Below are positions 9,283 to 17,550 of a stretch of 49,910 nt of DNA, piece by piece. Where the stretch lies: assembly GCA_963834265.1 (NCBI GenBank), contig CAWIAU010000002.1, positions 141,929 through 191,838 of the forward strand. The letters are read 5' to 3'. The notes beneath the pieces are model-generated. The model was not told the DNA's origin. It made no database searches and saw nothing but the letters and a program-made list of their open reading frames with translations. Made by a program: the position numbers and the translations under genes. The DNA comes from an uncultured bacterium. Lineage in GTDB: Bacteria > Patescibacteriota > Saccharimonadia > Saccharimonadales > 2-12-FULL-41-12. Numbering within the stretch: the stretch's first letter is position 1; the number at the start of each line of letters is the position of its first letter.

Positions 9283-9813
9283 ATGACCGGATCAGAAAGT
9301 TTGGAAATACTGAGGGACGTCTGCATAAATGTCGAAAGCGCCAGTGTAGAATTAATAGTTGATGGTTCTCTCTTTACGGAAGAGCTCACTGCGTTTCCTG
9401 AGGACGCATTTGCAGTAGATCGATCTGAAGACAAGCTTGTAGTCAATCAGGCAGCTGATATATGGAATGCCGGTGCCGAAGAACCTGTTGTGAGACTGCG
9501 GCTTCCGGTTGATTCCATTCTTTCCCGGATAACTATTCGCACGGAACACGGCGAGGTATACATCGACTGCCAGCATCCTGACAAAGAAAATGATTATGGA
9601 TTACTGACAGGTAAATTATCAGTATCCGTTACTGATATAGGTGGAATTGCAGTTTGGGGCATAGATGTTGCGGGGGACGCGCGCCTTGAACCAAGATCTG
9701 GAGACGTAACCGTAGAAAACAGTCGGGCAAATATGTGGAGCATTCCGCGACAAGCAGACAGAATAACCGATGATGCAAATATAAAAGGCGAGGTTGCATA
9801 CTTAGTCACTTAG
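9283..9813 (+). CDS. Hypothetical protein with DUF4097-like beta-repeat segments
   Basis: 176-aa ORF divergent from the REase; 'TEHGEVYI', 'PRSGDVTV' repeats. Confidence 0.5.
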   Translation: MTGSESLEILRDVCINVESASVELIVDGSLFTEELTAFPEDAFAVDRSEDKLVVNQAADIWNAGAEEPVVRLRLPVDSILSRITIRTEHGEVYIDCQHPDKENDYGLLTGKLSVSVTDIGGIAVWGIDVAGDARLEPRSGDVTVENSRANMWSIPRQADRITDDANIKGEVAYLVT

Positions 9814-9821
9814 TCCGCTTA

Positions 9822-10349
9822 TTACGTATTTAGAAATTTTTTCCAAAAAACACGCCACCCTTCAGCATCCACTGCCGATGCCAGTTATTGGCTGGTCACC
9901 GTAATCTGCGCTTTGCCTTCAGCTTTTTGCATTGTACTAACTATAACTTTGCTACCGTCCGATAGATTAACGCGCCAATGACGCCACTTATCAGTTTTAC
10001 TAACTTTCGGTTCTTGCGCAAATGTAACTACGGAAAATTCTTTGAGCCCCGAAACTCTTTCCAGCCACCAATCAAGAGCATCATCCGGATTCCCGTCCAG
10101 AGTTTTGGTCACTGATACTTCATAACTGCCGTCACTGCGCTGGCCGGGCACACGTCGGCCAATATGCTGCTCATATGCAACGGTTACATTCTGTGCCCAC
10201 CATCCCGGTGTCCCGGTATCAAAAACCTTCTCCGCAATTTCATAATGAGTTAAATCTCTGGCACCAATACTATCAAAAAATTCCCGCTACTCCGTCCAGG
10301 ATTTGCCGGTAGCTTTTTCAACCGACTTAATATTCACAGGCTTCGTCAT
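9822..10349 (-). pseudogene. DUF4287-like/SRPBCC-associated protein gene with two in-frame stops
   Basis: MTKPVNIKSVEKATGKSWTE*REFFDSIGA...GWWAQNVTVAYEQHIGRRVPGQ...VTSQ*LASAVDAEGWRVFWKKFLNT*; TAG at 10287-10289, TAA at 9885-9887, one frame throughout. Confidence 0.8.
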
Positions 10350-10384
10350 AACAGAGACAGAATACCACTATTAGTAATCATTTT

Positions 10385-11157
10385 CTATTGTCCGGGATAT
10401 TGATGGGTAAGATTATATGCTGCGGTGTGCTGAGTTATTACCCGCTTAATGATGTCGGGATAGACAGGATTCCCAAGACATCTAATCTTTTCATCGCTAT
10501 CATCCCATGCGTTTTCAATAATTGTTGCCAGAATACTTTGAGCAAGGTCCGGTTTCAACGCTTCTCCGGTACGTCTATCCGTAATCTTTCGCTGCATTTG
10601 ATCAAGTAATGCAAGCGCCCCAAATCCCTGACCAAACCTCATGGCAAAATTATTGAGCGTTGCGGCTACTTCCGGATTTTCGTCTGTCGGGCCTAAATCG
10701 TGGTCAATCCCTCTTTTGTAAAATTCAGTTGCAACCTCAACTTTACGTTCGACCGAGGCATCATAACCAATTAAACTTACGGCAAATAGTAACTATGGGC
10801 TATGAGCATTTGATGCCTAAGAGCCAATCCAATAATATCTTCATGGTCTACACTTGTTTCTTTATCTGCTATTGCACTCTGAAATAATTCAGCATAAGAA
10901 GTTACTTTATCAGTAAAAATTGATACATCGCCACTATTTTGAGAATCTTTCAGTCGCGAGAATTCACCTTCTTTATACCTGTCAACGTTAACAGCAGTAA
11001 TAAGACCGCCCATTTCAATGTCAGACTGAAATGCATCAAGTGCATGACCGGTACACCCGAATTTAACTAAATAAAACACAGTTTGCTGATATGCATCATC
11101 AAACCCCCGCAACAGAGCTTCCTCGCTGAATGGTTCAAAGCCTCTGATATCAGTCAT
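10385..11157 (-). pseudogene. Hypothetical gene probably split by a frameshift (track ORFs 10777-11157 and 10385-10642)
   Basis: The downstream frame stays open about 50 codons upstream of its ATG (LLFAVSLIGYDASVERKVEV...) and overlaps the end of the upstream ORF near 10780-10794. Confidence 0.5.
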
Positions 11158-11211
11158 ATATTTGCATTCCTGCGTTTAATTTACATAAAGTAACCATATA
11201 TATGTAGGTCT

Positions 11212-11670
11212 TTACCGGGAAACCGCAGCCATTTCATCTCCGGAGATTTGATTATTAATTTCAATCAGATCTGACAGCATGGCACCCGCAGCTTTTATGT
11301 CTGAATGATGTTGGCTGTGGGCCTGATTAGCTGCCGCGTAGGCACCCCAGATTTCTTCATCTTGAAACGCAACATTATACCCTGCAGCCTGACTACCAAG
11401 TTGTCTGTTTCTGATATCGCGGGCTACTACTGCTAAATCAGCGATATGTCTGTCGTAATTCATCCTGTCAATAGTGCTAACCGAGGCTTTGCGTTTATGA
11501 AGTAATATTTCGGCGCATGTTGCTGTGTATGCTGCTCTGTCGCCTAAACCCAGGAATTTTATTGATCCGGCTGGCTCGCCCTCCAAAAATGCTTCTAATA
11601 GCTGGCGGGGCGTTGGTTTATCGTCGCTTTCGTGACCATTCGCTCTTGTATCTGCTGGAGTTTCTGACAT
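11212..11670 (-). CDS. Hypothetical helical protein
   Basis: About 152-aa ORF (track start 11688); TACGAT 8 nt before ATG 11670. Confidence 0.55.
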   Translation of the reverse strand: MSETPADTRANGHESDDKPTPRQLLEAFLEGEPAGSIKFLGLGDRAAYTATCAEILLHKRKASVSTIDRMNYDRHIADLAVVARDIRNRQLGSQAAGYNVAFQDEEIWGAYAAANQAHSQHHSDIKAAGAMLSDLIEINNQISGDEMAAVSR

Positions 11671-11795
11671 GAGTGCATATCGTAACATATTATTAAATAT
11701 ATATCAACAGTCCGAATTAACTTCTGTAAGATCAGCTTCATCTCTTGAAATTAATAATGCTTGAGTATCGCGGTAATTGTTATACACTTGAAATA

Positions 11796-12731
11796 ATGAA
11801 TATTATCTTCGGCAATGCCTTAAGTGATTTATTCCCGGACAAGAATACATCTCAGGATATAGTATTTATCAAGCTGGTTTTCGGCCTGATCATTGCCCTG
11901 ATGCTGGCGTATCTGATCAACAAAGGGCTGAACTTTGTTATTAATCTGACCGCTAACCTGATTGCTGAGAAAAATCACGGAGAATCTCCACATGAGCGCC
12001 TGATACAGACCAAACGCGCAGAAACACTGCTGAGTATATCCGGAGGAATAGCCAGGGCACTGGTTATAGGTTTCTGTGTATACATCATGTGGAGGATAGT
12101 TAACCCCACGAGTGCGCCTGTAGCCATAATCGGTGCCAGTACATTCTTTATTGTTTTAGGCGCGGCTACAATCGGTCCGATGTTACGGGATATTACCAGC
12201 GGAATCGTCATGATTACAGAAAAATGGTATAACGTCGGAGATCATGTGGTAGTAGATCCGTTCTGGGAAATGAGCGGTATTGTCGAAAAGGTAAATCTAC
12301 GCTCAACAAAAATACGTAGTCTGAACGGGGAGGTAGTCTGGATACACAACCAGAATATTCATGCCGTGAGAGTAACGCCCAAAGGACTACGCACTCTGTC
12401 TGTTGATACTTTTGTGCATAATCTGGAGGAGGGACGCAAATTAATTCTTGACGTTATTAAGACAATGCCGGTTGGTCCTACAATGATCGCAACATCGTTA
12501 AAAATTGACGAAGAAGAGCAACTGGGTAATGTATGGCGAATAACGATAGAGGGACAAACTACACCCGGACGGGAATGGCTGATCGAAGATTTTGCGGTCA
12601 AGGCGCTGTTGAAGGCCGATGAAGAAAATAAAAAAGATCCGATAATAGCTCATGGCCCGATCGTACGATATACCGATACTACCGCAGAAAAAAGATTTGA
12701 AACTTCTATGCGAACGAGAAACGACCGCTAG
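11796..12731 (+). CDS. mscS: Small-conductance mechanosensitive channel (MscS family)
   Basis: 3 TM helices, LRDITSGIVMITEKWYNVGDHV, GIVEKVNLRSTKIRSLNGEVVWIHN. Confidence 0.88.
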   Translation: MNIIFGNALSDLFPDKNTSQDIVFIKLVFGLIIALMLAYLINKGLNFVINLTANLIAEKNHGESPHERLIQTKRAETLLSISGGIARALVIGFCVYIMWRIVNPTSAPVAIIGASTFFIVLGAATIGPMLRDITSGIVMITEKWYNVGDHVVVDPFWEMSGIVEKVNLRSTKIRSLNGEVVWIHNQNIHAVRVTPKGLRTLSVDTFVHNLEEGRKLILDVIKTMPVGPTMIATSLKIDEEEQLGNVWRITIEGQTTPGREWLIEDFAVKALLKADEENKKDPIIAHGPIVRYTDTTAEKRFETSMRTRNDR

Positions 12732-12836
12732 CAGCACGGTACAGCTACATCATTGTTCGTTTCAACAGAATTAGTACGTATGAAATGCGACGTACTTTGG
12801 AAATAACATCTATACACGGTATGATAGTCGTTATAT

Positions 12837-13973
12837 ATGAGTGCGAAGAAAAGTTCTGTTAAGGTTGCTATTGCCGGAGTTGGCAACTGTTGTTCGTCTT
12901 TATATCAGGGGATGGCATATTATAAAAACAGCAAGGGCGATGAAATTCCGGGCATTATGTTTGCTGATATCGGTGGCTATCGCCCTGCTGATATAGAAAT
13001 TGTCGCAGCTTTTGATGTGGACCCGCGCAAAGTCGGTAAACCTCTGGGCAAAGCAATATTCGCCCAGCCCAACTGTGCACGCGTATTCGAGGCCAAGGTA
13101 CCGGCAGGTCCTATAGTTCAAATGGGGCCTGTCATGGACGGTGTCTCAGACTATATGCTGGAACAACCGGAAGACCAGGGCTTTCGTATTTCTGACAAAA
13201 CACCGGTGGATGTAGCTAAAGTCCTGAAAGATAGCGGTGCAGATATACTGATCAATTACCTTCCCGTTGGTTCCCAGTCAGCTAGCGAGTTCTATGCGCA
13301 GGCTGCTATAGACGCAGGTGTAGCATTCCTGAATTGCATCCCGGTATTTATTGCCAGTGACGACAAATGGGAAAAGAAATTTATCAAGGCCGGCCTGCCA
13401 ATCATCGGCGATGACATGCGTAGTGCGTTCGGTGCCAGTGTATTGTCACAGGTACTACAGGAACTTGCTTTTGACCGGGGTTTTATCGTCGACTTCCATC
13501 AGCAGATCAATATAGGTGGCAACACCGACTTCAATAACATGATGGTCCAGTCCCGGCTGGCATCCAAAAAAAAGTCAAAAGAGAATGTCATACGCGCTCA
13601 GAACGAAATTCGTGGCATTCCGGTAGCAGAACACAGCCTGTTCGCCGGTCCCAGCACTTACCTGCCGTATCTCGAAGACAATAAAGTTGCCTACTTCAAT
13701 TTGCGTCTGCGTGGCTTCGGAGATGCGCCGGTAAATCTTGATATCAAATTGTCTGTGCAGGATTCTGAGAACAGCTCCGGCGTAGTTATAGACGCTATTC
13801 GTTATCTCAAAGTCGCACGCGAACTCGGCGTAGTCGGAGCCTTACGCGGACCAAGCGCCTGGACACAGAAGACACCTCCACTGCAAATGATGTATCACGA
13901 TGCCAAAGCCGAATGCGAAGCCTTTGCCGTTAGGGATGTGACGACAATAGTCCAAAAACAAATCAAAAAATAA
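12837..13973 (+). CDS. ino1: myo-inositol-1(3)-phosphate synthase
   Basis: AIAGVGNCCSSL, NYLPVGS, NCIPVFIAS, IIGDD, GGNTDF, SKKKSK, DSENSSGVVIDAIRYLK. Confidence 0.93.
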   Translation: MSAKKSSVKVAIAGVGNCCSSLYQGMAYYKNSKGDEIPGIMFADIGGYRPADIEIVAAFDVDPRKVGKPLGKAIFAQPNCARVFEAKVPAGPIVQMGPVMDGVSDYMLEQPEDQGFRISDKTPVDVAKVLKDSGADILINYLPVGSQSASEFYAQAAIDAGVAFLNCIPVFIASDDKWEKKFIKAGLPIIGDDMRSAFGASVLSQVLQELAFDRGFIVDFHQQINIGGNTDFNNMMVQSRLASKKKSKENVIRAQNEIRGIPVAEHSLFAGPSTYLPYLEDNKVAYFNLRLRGFGDAPVNLDIKLSVQDSENSSGVVIDAIRYLKVARELGVVGALRGPSAWTQKTPPLQMMYHDAKAECEAFAVRDVTTIVQKQIKK

Positions 13974-13988
13974 TAAATTTTTACTAAA

Positions 13989-14609
13989 TCAGGCTTTTTC
14001 TTTGGTGTTTTCAGAGTCGTCTTTTGAAACTTCTTTGGATTCTGGTTCGGTGACTTCTTCTACAGGCTTTTCTGCGGAGCTTGTATCTTCGGGGAATTCG
14101 TCTGATCCGGGAGCCGGGGCTTCATCTGGTTCGTCGGCGTCATCTTTTGTCTCAGGTGCTTCAGTTTCCGTGCTGGATTCTGTTTCTGCAGGAGCTTCTG
14201 ACTCAGTGGTAACAGGTTCGCTCGTTGCAGTATCTTCGGCGCCGGCGACTGCGGCTTCAGTAGCTTCTGCTGCTGGTGCTTCAGTTTTTTCTTCCGGCGG
14301 TCGGTTACGACGAAGTTTGTCGGTATGTCTGATGTCACGCGTATGCATGACAGGCTGTCTAACCCACTTAGGCAAGTTAATTCCTTCTGTAATAAATAGT
14401 TTAACCACACGGTCTGACGGCTGAGCACCGTTATCGAGGAATAGCTGGGCTTTGTCCTTAACCAGACTGTTCTTTTTGGTGTGCGGATCGTAACTGCCGA
14501 GCATTGCAACAACTTTGCCGCTGGTCGGTGTCTGACGACTATCCTGTACGACTACACGATATGTCGGGTGGCCTTTGCGGCCGAGGCGCTGCATTCTGAT
14601 AGCTAACAT
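13989..14609 (-). CDS. rpsP: 30S ribosomal protein S16 with long acidic C-terminal extension
   Basis: MLAIRMQRLGRKGHPTYRVVVQDSR, LGSYDP, GAQPSDRV. Confidence 0.97.
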   Translation of the reverse strand: MLAIRMQRLGRKGHPTYRVVVQDSRQTPTSGKVVAMLGSYDPHTKKNSLVKDKAQLFLDNGAQPSDRVVKLFITEGINLPKWVRQPVMHTRDIRHTDKLRRNRPPEEKTEAPAAEATEAAVAGAEDTATSEPVTTESEAPAETESSTETEAPETKDDADEPDEAPAPGSDEFPEDTSSAEKPVEEVTEPESKEVSKDDSENTKEKA

Positions 14610-14713
14610 TTAAATTCAGAAATCTCCGTTAAACTTTTACGCAAACAATTTAACTAATTCTACAGTAGTGGGACAGATAAGTCAAACTGTTTACGCAACA
14701 AATTTTATTAAAT

Positions 14714-15412
14714 TTACTTTTTGTAATGCTCCAGGGCTTGTTCGGCGGCCTGCTGTTGTCCGGCTTGTTTGCTGGGACCATTTCCCTGACCGCGTAGTTT
14801 GCCGGCAACATAGACACCGACGGTAAAGATCTTTTCGTGGTCAGGGCCATCTTCTTCAATTACCTTATATACAGGTGTTGAGCCTTCGGTGCTTTGAGCA
14901 AGCTCCTGGAGATAGCTCTTCGGATCCATCCAGGATCCGGACTCGAGAATGGCTGGTAGAGTTGATAATAAGCTTTGTTCAATAAACTTAGCCGCTGCCT
15001 CGTAACCCTGGTCAAGATATATAGCACCCACAACGGCCTCGTAGCAATTCGCAAGAATCTGCGCCCGTGCCCGTGTTGTGCCACGTTTTTCACCGCGGCT
15101 AAGCCTGAGATGCGGTTCAAATCCGTTGAGGGCGGCGGCGGCACCAATACTCTCGGTGCGAACCAGGGCGCTGCGCCAATTTGTCAGGACTCCTTCCGGC
15201 TCGTCGTATGTATTGTACAGATATTCTGTAACAGCCAGCTCCAAAACGGCATCACCAAGGAATTCCATGCGCTCATTGTGTGATTTAACTGACTTCTTGT
15301 GCTCATTGACATATGAACGGTGAGTAAAGGCATTGACCAGAAGTGAAATGTCTTTGAATTCTACCCTCAGCGTGTTTTTCGCAAAGTCTATATAGGTACT
15401 ATAGTCCTGCAT
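14714..15412 (-). CDS. rnc: Ribonuclease III
   Basis: AFTHRSY, NERMEFLGDAVLEL, EAVVGAIYLDQG, dsRBD DPKSYLQE/GPDHEK. Confidence 0.97.
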   Translation of the reverse strand: MQDYSTYIDFAKNTLRVEFKDISLLVNAFTHRSYVNEHKKSVKSHNERMEFLGDAVLELAVTEYLYNTYDEPEGVLTNWRSALVRTESIGAAAALNGFEPHLRLSRGEKRGTTRARAQILANCYEAVVGAIYLDQGYEAAAKFIEQSLLSTLPAILESGSWMDPKSYLQELAQSTEGSTPVYKVIEEDGPDHEKIFTVGVYVAGKLRGQGNGPSKQAGQQQAAEQALEHYKK

Positions 15413-15899
15413 GCCTGATTTTTTTGAGTCCCAGAAGTATTATTTTACCGATATCTTCATATTCTATCTTTTCCAGTGCCTCATTGGCAGTGAACCATTG
15501 TATACCGTTCATCCAGTCTTCCGGCTGCAACTTATCTGTGTCGCCCTTTGCCTGCACGAGAAATATTTCGGTGGTCATAAGTACAAGACTCGTAACGCGA
15601 CGATAGCGGAAATTGATCTTACCCAGCCAGTTCAGGACATTCATTTCCTGCAACCCGGTTTCTTCCCGTATCTCACGCTCGGCAGTCTCTTTGGCGGTTT
15701 CGCCTTCTTCGATGTGACCTTTGGGTATAGTCCAGCGGTCTTTGGCATCCTGTATCAAAAGGATTTCGATGTCATTAGTTTTTGCGTTGCGACGAAATAC
15801 CATACCACCGCTTGTAGGCTCACGTACTACCTCATTGATAGCAGGTTTACGGTGTGGCAGATACTTTCTGAAGTTCTTGATTGGTTTAGGTCGTTTCAT
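15399..15899 (-). CDS. NUDIX hydrolase
   Basis: Nudix box PKGHIEEGETAKETAEREIREETG. Confidence 0.93.
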   Translation of the reverse strand: MKRPKPIKNFRKYLPHRKPAINEVVREPTSGGMVFRRNAKTNDIEILLIQDAKDRWTIPKGHIEEGETAKETAEREIREETGLQEMNVLNWLGKINFRYRRVTSLVLMTTEIFLVQAKGDTDKLQPEDWMNGIQWFTANEALEKIEYEDIGKIILLGLKKIRHAGL

Positions 15900-16381
15900 A
15901 CTGACTGTATATTCTCGCTAACTGTTGTTTTAGGTTCCGGTTTCTTGTCGCTATCGGGGTCAATCTCACGAAGCAGGCTACCCAGAACACCATTGATAAA
16001 TTTGGATGAATTTTCACCTCCGAATCCCTTGGCCAGTTCTACCGCTTCATTTATAACTACTTTAGGTGGTACTTCTTTGTTGTTGAGTAACTCATAAGCA
16101 CCCATTCTCAGAACAATATGATCGATACGGGCTATCTGATCCAGCGGCCAATCCGGTGCCAGAGGTTGGAGTTTCCTGTCCAGTAATTCAGCCTGTTTAT
16201 CAGTCCCTGTTGTTAACTGCCTTATGAAGGTTTTGTCACCCGCAACAGCCCGGTGGCTGGTAATATTGCGCGCCAAAACTTCTTCTATCTTAACAGTTTT
16301 GTCACCACACTCGGTGCGGAAGACTATCTCATAGAGGGTTTGCAGGACGATTATACGCCCCAGGTGACGATTTGATGCCAT
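15896..16381 (-). CDS. nusB: Transcription antitermination factor NusB
   Basis: RHLGRIIVLQTLYE, IDHIVLRMG, VVINEAVELAKGFG, KFINGVLG. Confidence 0.96.
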   Translation of the reverse strand: MASNRHLGRIIVLQTLYEIVFRTECGDKTVKIEEVLARNITSHRAVAGDKTFIRQLTTGTDKQAELLDRKLQPLAPDWPLDQIARIDHIVLRMGAYELLNNKEVPPKVVINEAVELAKGFGGENSSKFINGVLGSLLREIDPDSDKKPEPKTTVSENIQSV

Positions 16382-16427
16382 ATTGTTAAAAGACCAGTGG
16401 CCTGTTCTCCCTGCCGACTATTATACC

Positions 16428-16598
16428 TTACTCTTTTGCACCAGGAACGACTTGTCTGACTTTTTTGCCCGACTCGCGGGTAGTGGTTCGGGCTTTGACC
16501 GGACTTTTGGCGTTGACGGCCCGGGCCAGTTTAAGCACCAGGTGGCTTCTTCTTGTGCCGGTACGCCGGTGACTGGTTCGCTTTTTAGGTTTTCCCAT
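16428..16598 (-). CDS. rpmF: 50S ribosomal protein L32 (56 aa, not in ORF track)
   Basis: Manual translation MGKPKKRTSHRRTGTRRSHLVLKLARAVNAKSPVKARTTTRESGKKVRQVVPGAKE; PKKRTS..R...RRSH motif; upstream of nusB. Confidence 0.88.
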   Translation of the reverse strand: MGKPKKRTSHRRTGTRRSHLVLKLARAVNAKSPVKARTTTRESGKKVRQVVPGAKE

Positions 16599-16701
16599 TA
16601 ACTTTTATGTTCTCCTCTCTGAGAGTAATACTTTTGATTAGATGATTATTATAGTTCGAAATAGACAAAAGTACAACTATTAAAACTATTAAATAACTTA
16701 G

Positions 16702-16730
16702 TTGACATAAAATTATATTAATGCTATTAT
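16702..16730 (+). promoter_or_regulatory. sigma70-type promoter, probably leaderless
   Basis: TTGACA-17 nt-TATTAT, ATG 7 nt downstream. Confidence 0.65.
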
Positions 16731-16737
16731 TCATTAC

Positions 16738-17535
16738 ATGAGTACAGAACACGATATAACACGCAGAGAATTGTTGAAATCTTTTCCGCAAAACCGTGGA
16801 AACATATCTGATAAATCTGTTGCGAAAACTGCACCCGAAAAATCTTATATAGTAAAAAGTGCTACCCGGGCATATAGCGAAAGAGCTCTTGAACTTGTTT
16901 CGAGGCGAACAAAAACTGCCAGGGAAAGAATAGCTGAATCAGCCAGAACAACCGGTTCTGCTGCGCTGACAGCTGCCTCCCGTTCTCTGGGATCAACATC
17001 TCCACATGCAAATGAAAAAGTATTTATAAAGCCCCGACGCATTGCTGACTATAAATTTGATGGTACAGACATACCTGCAGGTTCCGGCTTGGAAATATAC
17101 GTTCCTTCACCAGGAGCAGCAGGGGCCAGATTATTAGGCCTTTTTGACAAAGCTATATCAACAAAACCCCGACGCTACCTTCTGGGCGCATTAGCTGCAG
17201 TTGCGGCTATTTCTCCGTTCGCGTATAAAGAAGCTGCTTATGGTGATTCTGTAGCAACCGCCAATACCGTTGGCGGCGGAGCAAAAATTTGTACTGATAC
17301 AGAACGAACTCCGATTGGTCCTGATGGTTCACTAAAAACCGTGCTTGGACAAGCCAGAGTAAGTAACGGACAACTTGCACATGTACAAGTTGAAAGACAT
17401 AGTGCTGACATATTTCCCGGACAACCAGACAGAGTATTAGAAACCGTACCGGCAGCAGAAATTATAGCCACTGGACAAGCTACACGTCTTCAGCCAAGCG
17501 ACGTAGTAATCGACACGATGAACCGCACCTGCTAG
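16738..17535 (+). CDS. Hypothetical single-pass membrane protein
   Basis: 265 aa; basic N-region, internal hydrophobic stretch YLLGALAAVAAISPFA, C-terminal domain with two Cys. Confidence 0.65.
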   Translation: MSTEHDITRRELLKSFPQNRGNISDKSVAKTAPEKSYIVKSATRAYSERALELVSRRTKTARERIAESARTTGSAALTAASRSLGSTSPHANEKVFIKPRRIADYKFDGTDIPAGSGLEIYVPSPGAAGARLLGLFDKAISTKPRRYLLGALAAVAAISPFAYKEAAYGDSVATANTVGGGAKICTDTERTPIGPDGSLKTVLGQARVSNGQLAHVQVERHSADIFPGQPDRVLETVPAAEIIATGQATRLQPSDVVIDTMNRTC

Positions 17536-17550
17536 AGATAAAATCTCTGC

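Noticed and set aside
9198-9446. N-terminal 83-aa extension of the restriction endonuclease in the ORF track
   Set aside because: Ser-rich, overlaps the divergent 9283-9813 gene; a start at 9197 gives the ~300 aa expected for SsoII-type enzymes.
9822-10349. Stop-codon reassignment or readthrough as the explanation for the in-frame stops
   Set aside because: The stops are of two types (TAG and TAA), and core genes in the window end normally with TAA, TAG and TGA, so pseudogenisation is simpler.
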